A program made the position numbers and the translations under genes. The notes beneath the pieces were generated by a model. That model was not told the origin of the DNA and did no database searches. It saw nothing but the letters and a program-made list of their open reading frames with translations. Positions 46,122-58,784 of a DNA stretch of 64,000 nt are shown one piece after another; position 1 is the first letter of the stretch; each line of letters begins with the position of its first letter. Source of the DNA: Botryllus schlosseri (taxonomy: Eukaryota); contig CM119372.1 in the NCBI GenBank assembly GCA_051294905.1, positions 26,910,001-26,974,000 on the forward strand. The letters are read 5' to 3'.

Positions 46122-48795
46122 CATAGGTGTATGGGAGTAGTATGCGACGGATGCGGGCGCATCCCCTATCCAAATATCTGAGATTGTCACAAATTGACTT
46201 TTTTAGTTTCCTTACTATATTACAAAATCAGTGACAGAAACTTGTTTAACAATATACAAGGAGCATATATTTAACGTAACGGGCATATATTTAACGTAAC
46301 GTGCATATTTCTGTCAAAACTACATTCATTGCAGTATTGAGTTATCAGATCAATGACGTTAACGGCACCATGACAAGCGCACGAACAGAGAATCGAAGTC
46401 TTAATTTGAATTCCAGTTTTCGCATAATATTATTATGATCAAATGTCCATTATGTCATCGATCGGCATCTTTCTCCAGATAAGCCTGAGACATGCATGGT
46501 TTGCATTTCTGTTTCTGGGAAATGTTTTCCCCTCAACTATATCCTGGTTTCTGTATATTATGACTACATTACTGTCCAGTTGTCCACTGTGTCATCAATC
46601 GGCATTGGGCAATCTTCCTCCAGATTAGCCTGGAACACCCATGGCTGGCTTTTCCGCTCTGGCGCTCTTTAGAAACATTTTCCATATATGTAGATAGTAG
46701 ATCCTGGTTTCAGCATATTATGACCGTTTCGCTGAACGTGAACGCTATGTCGTAATGTCATCTAAGTTGGATGGTTGACTTTCCGCTCTTAGAAATATTT
46801 TCATCTTGTTTCGATCCCAGATTTCGTTATCTGAATCAAATACGCCATCTTCTCGATGCGGCAAAGTCCATATTTTCGGCTTCTTCCACGTTTCAGAGTT
46901 GCTATCCAACATAAAAGATCATTTGCCCAATTTCCCGCCTCTTCTTTTTCTATAGCATAAAATACTCATTTGACCTGTTATGAAATTCTAATGATTTATA
47001 CTGTGCTTGAAATTGAAACCTAATACCTTACTCATTCGGAATCAAACCACTCAGAATTTGCCCAGCTTGTTATCATGCTGAACGTATGTCAGTAGATTAC
47101 GTTAATTATCCTACATTTTCTTGCAAAGCAATAACTTGAAAATCCAAAGTAATTCAAATCATTGACTAAATAAATAACTTATCAACTTTTATATGCCATC
47201 GCCAAGAACGACACGACAAGCTACTAGGATTACCTAGTATATCCCTATCTACTAGCCAGAGTGCTAGACGCTACCGCAGCTAGACGCAGTAAACTTGTCA
47301 TGGTCACTGGGTTGAAACAAAACATTGAGGTCATAGGTTAACATAGGTTCGGTTTATCAGCAACTTTTATCAGTGCAATACACCACAAAAATTGCGATAC
47401 AATGAAAAGATAGAAAGGTATCGAAACGACTTAAATAGTATTTGAAATCAGACACTCACCTTGGCCTTGGCGATGTAAAGATAAGGATGTGCAGATTGCA
47501 CACTGCATGGAAAGTAGAAAGACTACACGGCTGATAGACGATACCACGAGGTAATCGCGGCACAGAATAAAATAAGAGGCACATTTTAAAATCATCTCTC
47601 GTACATCGAAAAAGCAATCTAATATCACCAAGCTCCGAACTACTGCCATAGCTAAAGGCTTTGCTACTGCGATCTCCGGCAATGTAAATTGACGTCATCG
47701 CTACATACAGATGCATTGTGGATAGTACCCTAAGTGATGTCATAGTGATAGCGTGTCGCTACGTTGATTTAGTACAGGCATGGGAAAATGAATGGAAATC
47801 TGTTTTCCATGGTACGGGAAGTTATGGAAAAGTGGGTACTGTTAAAATATATTTGATTCGTGACAGGTTTGTCGTATTATATGCGCCACTCGCTTCATAC
47901 ATAGATTTTGCTACTTCAAGAAAATATCGTGGTCTGTGGTGTTGGCTGAGTGGCCATCTAAAAGGTTCCAAGCACTGGTTGGTGAGGATGGTGAGAGGGA
48001 CGCAACTAGGGGGTTTTCTGATGAGGAAAGGATGTGCTATGAAGTGTACTTCGACGCGATTGATAGAATCACTACTGAGCTATCTGAACGGTTTGCCAAC
48101 AACACGTCGAAAGTTCTTCTGTCGCTAGCAGAAATGGTACAAGGGAAAGGAACTATGGATGACTATAAAAAAATATCAGCCTTTTATTCCATAGATCAGG
48201 AATTGTTGGAATCTGAGTGCATTCTGTTCCAAAACTTAAATCCGCAAGGTATGATCAAAAGTGCTGGAGAATGTACGGAACTTCTTGTGTCTACTGGCAT
48301 TGGAAAAACCCTTCCCCATTTCTCGAGGGCCGCACAGATTTTTGCCACTATTCCAGCGACATCTTGCACTGCTGAAAGGTCTTTTTCAGGGTTGAGAAGG
48401 CTCAAGACCTATCTGAGATCCACTATGGGGCAGCCACGTCTCACTAACATGGCGGTATTATACCTTGAAAGAGAGATGACAAATAATATTGATATTGAGA
48501 ATATCATAGATGTGTTTGGTATTCGCCATGGCAGAAACAAATACTTTTTTTGAATGGCCAACACTACCCATAAATTGGGAAGCCTGGAGAGACTCTGTAT
48601 CAGTGTGTGTGTGTGTGTATCAGCCATTTGCTTTCAGTGTATTTCAGCCCTGAATATCCTGAATATGTGAAAAGTTGTTCCCAGTGCGACATCGAAACAA
48701 ACAAATGCATTATAACTGCTTTTGTGATTCATTGTCTATTTGGGCGATAAAAATATTTTCGCATCCCTAAAAATTTTTGCTCCCATACACCTATG
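46122..48795 (+). mobile_element. hAT (Tip100/ZMYM1-like) internally deleted element
   Basis: Perfect 16-bp TIR CATAGGTGTATGGGAG and perfect TSD ACCTGAAG. Confidence 0.92.
47936..48553 (+). pseudogene. hAT transposase C-terminal fragment (dimerization domain)
   Basis: YFDAIDRITTELSERF...TIPATSCTAERSFSGLRRLKTYLRSTMGQPRLTNMAVL; open frame, but no ATG start and no N-terminal domains. Confidence 0.88.
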
Positions 48796-48971
48796 ACCTG
48801 AAGGTACCATTTACCTGACTTAAACCACACACCATGGCTACTATTATCTTAGTCAGATAAATAAAACTATTTCCCACCCATGGATTTGTACTGCAAGCCT
48901 GCTGACAAGCAGCAATACTCGTTTTCGAATTTGGCTTGATTATATAGGGAACGGCAAAAATCTCTTATAAC

Positions 48972-49817
48972 TAGGGCGATTAATTTGACATGTCAAAAAA
49001 AGTCAAAATCTTGTCAAAATTGTAGCGTTTAGTCAAAAATGTCAAAATTGTTTACCAAGTCAATGTTTTTGCAGCCTGCATTTCGTTTGTATCGCAGATG
49101 TTTGCACTTTGAGTGCACTTATTGATATTTTACAGCTTGTAGCCCAATTATCGGCCTACCGTTGTAGACGGGCCATTATTGTCTGCTCATTGTGAATGAT
49201 AAACGGCCAAATGAAACAAATTGGTTGAAATGGTGTTATGCTCAACGTACCGCAATATCCTAACTGAAGCAAGTCTGCCCTTGATTTTTATATCTACAAG
49301 AGCATGATGAAAAATTGTGATGTAGACAAAATTGTCAGAATCAAGCAACCCGATGTGACACCAGCCGTGTACTGTACAGTGTACTGTACACACACGACTG
49401 CAGTGTTGCCAGCCAACAACTTCTACTGTTGAACGTTCTTTCTTCATTCTTGACAAGCTGCTTTGTATGGACAGACACTTTCTACCCGAGAATGTAGGAT
49501 AATATTTTTTGATGTACTTGAACAAATTTTATTTAGTTCTCCCATAATGTGCGATGTAACTATTGGGAATCTTCATGGGTCCAGATTTATTCCGAGTAAA
49601 AATTAGTCAGTTTTCAAGCCAAAATAGTTTGCTCAGGCCTAACTATACTTCGTAATGACAGACATTTCCAACCAGAAATGAAAACAAGTAGTACCATTCT
49701 AAGATTTTGTGGGAAAACACCTAATTTACATACGTTAGGTCAAATTTTGGACAAAATTAATTTTTCTAGGGTCAGAAGTGAAAATCCTTCGTTTTGTAGG
49801 TCAAAAAAATCACCCTA
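48972..49817. mobile_element. GTCAAAA-family MITE
   Basis: TIR TAGGGCGATT / AATCACCCTA; TSD CTTATAAC / ATTATAAC; homolog of 11090-12289. Confidence 0.88.
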
Positions 49818-50414
49818 ATTATAACTGCTCGATAGTTCTGTGCAGCTGTGAAATTTATTCCGATACCAAAATTTGAAGATAAATCACCAACACGAATCAC
49901 ACTGCAAATTAAACGAACTAGACTTCGTGGATTAACGAAATGGAAGTCGCGCACGCGTCACATCATGATGTAGGCTGCGAAAACGAAAAGAATGGCAGCA
50001 AACATTTTGTTGACGTGCGAAGCAGTTGATCCGTTACAAGCATCTGAAAAGGAAAGTAACCTGGGTCACCAGGGTAACGTGAACAGATACAGAGAGTTCA
50101 CCCTGTACTGTCCGCTGGAGCCGTTCTCTAGTATCGGAACATATAAAATCAATATTAAAGAAGTAGTTTAAATAATAAGTGATAGCGTGTGTCTGCACAC
50201 TGCGTACTGCGGCAGAATTTGGAACTATTGCCCACGCAAGTTGACGCTCGCTGCCTATACCCACACCGCAAATGAACCTGGGTTTCGGATGCGTGTGGAC
50301 GGCTCTCGGTTTGACAGTTTGTGGTGGTTGCCCGACATACGAGCATGCGAAACAATGAAAACGACAGTTGTGTATGGGACAATTTAGCGTGCGTCACTTC
50401 ATTACCCGAAAACT

Positions 50415-50490
50415 AGCCCTAACCCAACCATAACCCTAACGTAACCCAACCATAAATCCAACCCTAACCTGCAATTCAACCCAATACTCA
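50415..50490 (+). repeat. Short degenerate (CCCTAA/CCCAA)n tract, probably internal to a small transposon
   Basis: CCCTAACCCAACCATAACCCTAACGTAACCCAACC...; flanked by short repeated motifs at ~50375-50550. Confidence 0.5.
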
Positions 50491-51859
50491 CCTGTCGTAC
50501 GCCGAATTGTCGCATGCCCGAGTGTCGCATGCTCAATCTCATATGTCCACGGACCGTTTGTGGTATTAGATTTGGATTAGAAGCATGTTAGCATCTTCGA
50601 ACACTATTCAAGGTATTTTAGAGTGAATTGGGATTTGGAATCGGAAACACGCAACAGGATTTCAGCTTGTATTATTTAATTCATTCATATCTGACGTACT
50701 GGCTCCACTTTTCTTCCTGAAGCTGAAGATGAATTCACTTAAATCACTGTTGGCCCCGCCATCACACCGGAAATAGCAGACGAATCGACCGACTTGATAT
50801 GCTCAAGATTTAATTATAATTGTTCGTATCAGAATTTGGACTTGGGCTCCCGAATGTCAGAGTATAGAGACGCGCTATGGTCGTTACCGGCTTATGGTGC
50901 ATGATCCATGCGATAACGACGTATCTAGTTAAAATTAGCTAATTTCTGTTTTTGTTGCCTTGAGAATACCGATGTTCACTTGCAACCGCTGTTGATTTTG
51001 AGGTTGTACAAGGGAGTTTGTTCGTATTTGACTCAGCACTAGTGTGGAAAATCAGGTACTAAAAATATTCGTGTTGACATTTTGCGGCACTTAAAATCGC
51101 TTACACATTGAAGCAATGCATAACGTTTTGCTAACGTAATCGAAATGGGGTTTCGAGTCATGATGTCACGAGACGCATTGTTATTTTAATCTTTGAGGTA
51201 GCGGTTGAATGTTACTCATACCTGTAGAGCAAAGGCAGTATTCCGCTGAATACAGCGCAGTGTTCTCCGTTTGGCAACCGTCGTTTAAGCTCAGATCCAA
51301 TCCCACCAATTGGTGCACGGTAGTTGTATCAAAACAGGATTTTATGGTCTGGTCTGGAAGCATATAGATATAATGAATCTCCAATCTCATACTACATATG
51401 CATAAGCAGTTGTTTGAACGATCTGTGACATCTTCCGATGCAACACAGCTACATTAACAACGACTTCCAGAACCATATCACCTCACCGTTTGCTGTAACC
51501 TTGAGACACTGAGTTACGGAAGACCGACAGTCAGTCAATTGGTAGCTTGACGACGCTCCACTGAAACATTGTAGCCCACAAACTGAAATTAGAATCATAT
51601 TATCAGTTAACAATCTTGACGAGACGGAGAAATAAATATTGACCTTCAGACAACTGCGAACAGGATATTCAAAAAAAGACTACTAAAATGGAGACATATA
51701 TTAAACGATTTTGACGTAGGCGAAGAGTGCGAACGCAGTTCAGCGGTGCTGGGGCATCTCAGTGGAATATTATTGTATATAGACATCTCAGACACACATC
51801 ACTGACGAAAACATCTGTATTTTGTCTACCATCTGTCTACTATCTGTCTACCATATGGT

Positions 51860-52285
51860 AGGCAAAAAAGATCATCGCTCTATCAAACATGCCGGACTTG
51901 ATTTGTGGAACAGAATCTCGCCGGCTATCCAACAATCATCGAGCACGTCCACATTCAAGTTGAAATACAAACAATTTTTACTGAATCAATACTAGTTAGC
52001 CTTCTAATTTACCAGACCACGACCTGACATATCGATCTGGCCTTCCTACACATGCAAACTTTTTGTAATCTAATCTTTTTGTCCCCAGTCCTTTTATATT
52101 ATCTTTTACTCTTCATTCAGTGTGCAATGTACATGTCTCCTTTTTTACGTCGCCTAGGCGAGGTGGGTGTCTGGTTTCGAAGACTACTCCAACTCGTTTC
52201 GACACCTTACTATCTTTCATTGCATCGCAGTCTTGTGGTGCATTGAAATGATGAATTTTTAGCAATAAATTGAATTGAATTGAAA
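51860..52285 (+). mobile_element. 5'-truncated L2/CR1-group LINE 3' end
   Basis: Homologous to 45550-45976; ends AATAAA-(TTGAA)n. Confidence 0.78.
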
Positions 52286-53033
52286 TTTTCATCGGTGATA
52301 CTGATAAGTCATTACTGGTTACGCGTTTTCGGTCATCTATTCATTCAGGCATGGCAATTTTCTTGACGCAGTTGTCATGCAGAAACAGAAACTAGCCTAC
52401 TATCTCTTCGTCTTTATATGGGAACTGTGTCGTTATGTTAGAATACCGCAATACTTTCAATTCAAGAAGAGCACTGGTTTGAATTTTAGAACGCATTAGT
52501 AGAGATTTAGGTCTGACTTCAAATAACAAATGCTCCCATTCATGGCCCATTAAGGGACTTGCACATGGGATTTTTAAGGGGAATAGTTTACGTGCGAGTT
52601 GTATTCGGGTATGGTACATTACTGTTATGTTATTGATCTTGTTTGAACAATAATTCATACGACGAGGTTGCAATATGAAATCAGTATATCATCAGCAGAA
52701 CAACTTAAAGGTAGCGACACGATCCAGAGTACATTTAAATGAAAGACCAGTAGACAACAGAACACAGGGTATAAATACGAAGCCCGACACACGAGGAAAT
52801 AATGATTGGCGGTTATTACTAATCCTAGACGAATAAGAGACAAACGCTACCAACGTAAAATGCACGAACATAACAATTACGCAATGAATTCCTGAACTAG
52901 AATATAGAACAGGATATCGCATATAAAAATATATTAATCGTTTCATCTACGCCGGCCACAATAATAAAGTGGCACAGTGCTCTAAATACGATGTGGTCCA
53001 TAATTAAAGATACGATTTTGAAACTATTAGGTA

Positions 53034-55380
53034 TAGGGATGGCGTGAACGGAAGGTTCACGTTCGCGTATTTTGTGTGAACCTCTGTAATTTGAAGGTTC
53101 GCGTTCACAGATAAACATTGATAGGTTCTGCACTGTGAACCTTTTTCATGTAATACAAAATTTTCGCGTCATTATACCGTCCCTGCTTGAATTTCCTTGC
53201 ATTTCGACTTCGGACCACTCTCTACATGGTGCTGGCATTATGAAAAGAAATTGACGAGCAAGCACCTTGCCAATTTTAAATAATTTCTGCTCGGAATATT
53301 CAGCTTTAGTCACTCTCTGCTGTTACCTTTGCCCGCAATCACACAATAGCAAGAGCGAAACAAACTACATAAAGGAAGCAGTGAATTGTTATTAGTAGGG
53401 CAAGTTTTTGCTGCAGTCAAATCCGTGGAAAGTGGCATTTATTTCGTCACAAAATTGCAGTAAAAAGTTGCATTTATTTCGTCACAAAGTTGCACTAAAA
53501 AGTAGCATTTATGGACAAGATCCTTGAAATTATTAGGGTATGAGATACTCGAATCTATCCGTATCCAAAGCACTGTAGCAAAACAAAGTGTTGACGACTT
53601 GAATAAAATCAATAGCATGAAAAAATTGACCCGGGGGAAAATATATTCTCAGCGGTCTAGCCTGAATGTACGTCAGATCAGAAAGGACCTCAAATTTAAA
53701 CAACAGTGAAATAATGCAGCGATCTATTTACATATAGTGTCAAATATTTCCAGTAAAAAGTTGATAGCATGAAAAATTGAAAAAAGTTACAAAAAGTTGC
53801 AGGAAAAAATGGAGAAAAGTTGCAAAAAGTTGCAATATAAGAATCCTCCTAACAGCCTAAAACACCATGCTACATAACTTCTGAGTATTTAGGAAGCTGC
53901 CAAAAGCTGTAAAAAAAGTTGCAAAAGCTTGCCTTAGTGATTAGTCAACCAATCAGTTATTTGCATCAACGAAATTGATATAAAGAATGCATCGATGTCT
54001 ATTGTAAAAAACCTATCGCCGACAAGATAGCGTAAAGACGAAGCGTCCGTCTTCTTGATCGGTAGGTCGTGGGTTCGATTCCCGGCCGGTTCAGACCAAA
54101 GACCTGAGTAGTAACTAGGGATGGTGTGAACCTCTGAAAGGTTCGGGTTCGTGTGAACGCGAACCTTTTTGAACGGTTCTGTGTGAACACGAACGTGAAC
54201 CCCGTGACGTCATATTGCTAATTCCAACCCTATCTTTCAATGAAGTGATAACCTATATTAAAGTACACGATACCTAGTGAAGACTCGGGCCACATAATAT
54301 CGCAATGCTGAAGTACATATTGGCGTTTAAACGTCACTAAATGTATCAACTGCGGTTATCAAAGGATATAATAATCTCACAAAATCAATACATTCCGTCG
54401 CTTTGCCAACAATTTCGACGAGGACTTACCAGGGGATATAAGCTTACGCCTTAATGGTCTTAGCCAGACCGGACAATGTATTCGGAGTCTGAGTATTGCT
54501 ACATTGATATTGAGCAGAGTGTAAATGGGTTTCTATACTTGCTGCCGATACCATAAACAACAAGTTATATAGCAGTAGCCAGCACCTTAATCGCACGGAT
54601 TTGGTTTTAATGATACAGTAAAGATATGAAATCGAGATTGACCCCGTACGCCCGCTTGATTTTATACATCAGAAAACGATATCAATGTCATAGATTGGTT
54701 GAATAAGCATCATTCGCTGACTACGTATATCGCTCGTGATGTTGTGTGATTGCGCATCAAACTCACAGCAGAGAGTCACTAAATATTCACGAACGGAAAG
54801 CTGGATATGTCGAGAAATTTTTGGTAACAAAAAAGCAAGTAAAACTTTTAAGGTTGTCAGGGTGCATGCTCATTTGGTGTTGATTTTTTATGCTGCCAGC
54901 GCCATGCATAGAGTGACCCGCAGTTGAAATGCAATAAATTTGAACCAAAGATCTTATAATGAAGTGCAAATTACAATTTACCAAAAAGGTTCACAGTGCA
55001 GAACCTACCAAAGTTCTGTTGTGAACGCGAACCTCTAAATTTCCGAGGTTCACACACAGAACACTGGAATCCATGACTCCCCCCGCTTGGCGCTCATGCA
55101 TTACTGGGATAGCGGGGAGGGGTGGTGCAAGCCTTAGAAAGTCGTACTAGGCTATATCTGTACCTTCCTTGTCCAGCGGCATATGCACATCAGGCACTCA
55201 TGGTATACATATGCACAGATCGTGTGTATGTATATCATCAGTCGGTGTATACGCCGCAAAAACATCAAGGACAAAAAGAAACTACGTCCTTATCAGGCGT
55301 GCGGGATCTACCTCGATTCGATGTCCTAATTGTGTCATAAAAACCATATCCGTCTGATTGTGGTGTTGGCTACTGTATTA
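53034..55380. mobile_element. Older GTTCAC-family copy interrupted by a TTGCA-repeat MITE (53396-53936) and a family-1 SINE (54018-55291) that itself contains a GTTCAC copy (54116-55062)
   Basis: Host internal sequence resumes colinearly at 53940-54015 and 55292-55380. TTGCA MITE TSD is GTTATTAG / GTGATTAG. The SINE halves join at ...GTAAC|ACTGG, as in the 32450 copy. Confidence 0.78.
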
Positions 55381-56822
55381 GTGGTCGGTAACCTATGGCT
55401 CGCGAGCCATATACGGGTTCTTTGACAGATTTCTAATTTTGTACTCAATTTATCAATATTGCAGCAACTTTTAAGTTAATTTTCATGACAGCCCGAATAA
55501 TTAGTCTCGTGGCAGCATAAACATATGTTTGAGAGGTCAAGGCAGTGGGGTAACCAGGGTCAAGGGCTCTCTCCCCCCTTTTGAGAATCCTCAAATTTGA
55601 TAAAAAATTCAAAACAACGCCATAGCCATCCAAGTTCTGGATTGGTCACGTAAGTAGCTTTCTAGAACCGCCGTAAAATGTAGATGTGTAGCGTTATGTG
55701 ACGCTCAATACTTTAGAAGTCGATCAATATTTAGATTTTTGGAATCAGCGCGACAATTTATTTGAATAATATCAGTTATCAATAAATATGAATATTTCGT
55801 GATTTTGTGAATAGAAATGTTTAAAATCTTATCATTCATAAACATCGAAAATAAATATCAATAATCACTGGAAAACATCGAAAATAAATATCAATAATCA
55901 CTGAAGGTTTCACAAGTTTCCCTCGCTAATCATTGACGATACGTGAGGCACTGCGTCACTTGCCTCCCTTAATCCCACGCCACGGACGTATCACACCCTG
56001 CAGTGGGTATGTACTGCTGTAGTGACCATGTTTGGCCCCACCTACGCATGTGAGCACAACAATTTGGCACACACTACGAATCCCATATATTAGTGCTACC
56101 AATAAGTCACGAATTTCCGATTGTGACGTAACAGTTGATTGATAAGTATGGCTCTTTGGTAGTTACAATTGGAAATATTGGGTCTACATGGCTCTTCGGT
56201 CGAAAAAGGTTCCCGACCCCTGAGCTCGTTTTTGAGATAATATCTGGATATCTCTGAGGATATTTAGAATAAACTTGAAATTTTCTTCGCGCTGCGCGCG
56301 ATTTAATGCGACATAATTGTTCAATTTTATTATAGTCGTAGCACCCTTTGTAATCTGAACCCCACAGTACAGATGCAAGCAGCAGAGGAAAATGATGCAC
56401 CCCATATCGAAATACCCACTCGGAATAGTACGCTCTTCACGAAAGAAATTTGTTTCTGGTACGTTTGGGAGATTCCAATATCCCTCCACTACCGACAATC
56501 CTGATGGGAGGTAAAGAATTAACAACACGCAACAAAGTGACTACAATAACAATTGGCCCACCCGAACATGCATTATCATTTATAACTTGCCTAAATTTTC
56601 GAAAATTTTCCTCAATCAACTCTACCGATGAATCTGATCACATTGGCTGAGAAAGGATAAATATTTGATAGTATATGTGAAACTACGAGTATTAATGACG
56701 AAATTCGTTCGTGAATCTGAAAACAATTTCTCGCCTGGCGCGAAGATAACCGGTCCCAGCAACTATTCATAACATGAGCACTATATAAATTACCCTATAG
56801 TGATTTCGCGGCGTATACTAAG

Positions 56823-58508
56823 CAGAGTGGATCAATTGTAATTTGTAATTGAGCTGAATGTATTTAATTAAATTTTTTCATGTAATTGTAATTGTAATAG
56901 AAGCATTTATATTTTGTGTAATTGTAATGTGATCAAAATTTTGCTCAATTACAATTTCAATTACATTGTCATGGAACCCTGAAAATCACAACATAAAATG
57001 ATCAATCAATCATTTATTCGTCACACCAGTGAAAATCCGGTACGGACCAGGATGACGACGAGGGGCCGCAAGGCCTTAACGCCTTAGTACACAGTCGCCA
57101 CCTGTAATAATTAGCCTATTTACATCGGTGTTCTATGCGTGCCGCGTTATAACTAGATAATTTAGCTATGCTAAACTGTTTCCCATACTTCAGTAGCAAC
57201 AGACAACTTTGTGAATTACAATATAGGCTAAACCAGTGGTTCTCAATCTGGGGGGCGTGCCCCCCTTGGGCGGCGTGAAAGCATCTGAAGGGGGCGCAGA
57301 GCTCCGGTAAGCTGATTTTTTTCCGCGCATGGGGCGATTCACCTCCATTTCATAGTTATTGCTCTGTGTACAGTCCGAATTTCATATTGGAGAATTCTCT
57401 CATCAACAGTCATAACCTTCCATACCATCAAACTACCTGTAAGGATTGCTAACATTCTGGTTTCATTGTGTGATATGACGATAAGGGGGGCACGAAACAT
57501 TTCACTGTCATAAAGAGGGGCGTGTCTAAAAAAGTTGAAGAACCAGTGGGCTAAACTAAATCTTAATATTTCAAAAATAGATGAACAGCAAATAAACTCC
57601 TCTTCTGAAACCTGTGATGAACCATTTCCTACGCCACGGTCAGGTTTTTTTTTCAATTTCTTACCAGTACCGAGGCTTGCAGCAGCAATTGCAAAAAGAA
57701 ATTCAAGTTTCCAACCAAGGCTTTATCAAACTTGATCCCGCATTTGTAGAGATGTTATCCCAATCCTACCTCCAATCTTGGCCAAATTTACTGGGGCCAG
57801 AAACTTTTCGCACCCTAATGTTCATCAAATGCAATCTAACAGTTTCTGAGCAAGTGAAAATGTAAATGCGAATCAAAATGTTGTAATTCGTAGTTATCAG
57901 GAGTTTCTTTCCCTTTGCATTTATTTTAATTTTACACACCTTATCGGTATCATCCTTATCGCTGACGCCTTACCAATTACATTTCATTATCCTCAATCAG
58001 CTCTGAGTGATTGCAGATGCGTTTGATTGCATTTCATAAACTGTCCTGTAGCCTATTCGCTGTTAGTCGCTCAAACTTTTGATTGTTAACAGTCGCTTGA
58101 AACATTTTTCTGTGTTTGTAGTTTCAAGTACTCATGATTAGGAATAGTTCGAATACGTTCGAGTTTTTTTAATTAAAGGGTATTCTACGTATCATGAATG
58201 GAACATGAATAGCTTGAGATTGTTGCTAATTACGTCGCTACGGTTGTCAAAGAACACCTCTCTACCGATTCAATTACATGTTTAACAGTAATTGTAATTG
58301 TCTTTGTAATTGTAATTGTAATTCATCACATGTTTAACAGTAATTGTAATTGTATTTGTAATTGTAATTCATTACATGTTTAACAGTAACTGTAATTGTA
58401 ATTTGATACTTTAAGCATTGAGTAATTGTAATTGTAATGTAATTGAAACATGCATGGGAGTGATTGTAATTGTAATTGAACTGAATTATTGTAATTGATC
58501 CAACTCTG
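56823..58508 (+). mobile_element. hAT (Ac-like) derivative with (GTAATT)n subterminal arrays; contains a MITE at 57234-57548
   Basis: Ends CAGAGTGGATCAATT / AATTGATCCAACTCTG; perfect TSD ATACTAAG. Remnant PAFVEMLS...LGPETFRTLMFIKCN at ~57700-57840. The inner MITE has perfect TSD GGCTAAAC. Confidence 0.87.
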
Positions 58509-58784
58509 ATACTAAGGCGATATCAAAAAGTAGATTAGTTCGGACTTCACCAGTATATGAACATTGAACATGGACAGTTTGACATGGGTATTTCGCGTCC
58601 AGTTAGTTCATTACGACTATGTCCAGGCCAGTAATCGAAATGTGGCCGTGAATAGCAAAAAGGTTGACCGCACCTGCTCTAGTACTATATTTGTAGAATA
58701 CATTACAGTTTGGTCCACCGGTCCGCCACATATATTTTGAAATGTTGCCGGTCCGCGAGGTGAAGAAGGGTGAGAACCACTGGT

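Noticed and set aside
49992..50073. Possible first coding exon MAANILLTCEAVDPLQASEKESNLGHQ with a GT donor
   Set aside because: No compatible intact downstream exon was found; too short to support on its own.
50415..50490. Interstitial telomere or chromosome fusion site
   Set aside because: Only a few degenerate units in one orientation; such tracts are common inside small invertebrate transposons.
54018..54090. tRNA gene
   Set aside because: The A/B boxes belong to a multi-copy SINE head followed by SINE body; no convincing cloverleaf.
55840..55905. Short perfect tandem duplications (also ~46262-46305)
   Set aside because: Ordinary local duplications in non-coding or TE sequence, with no sign of function.
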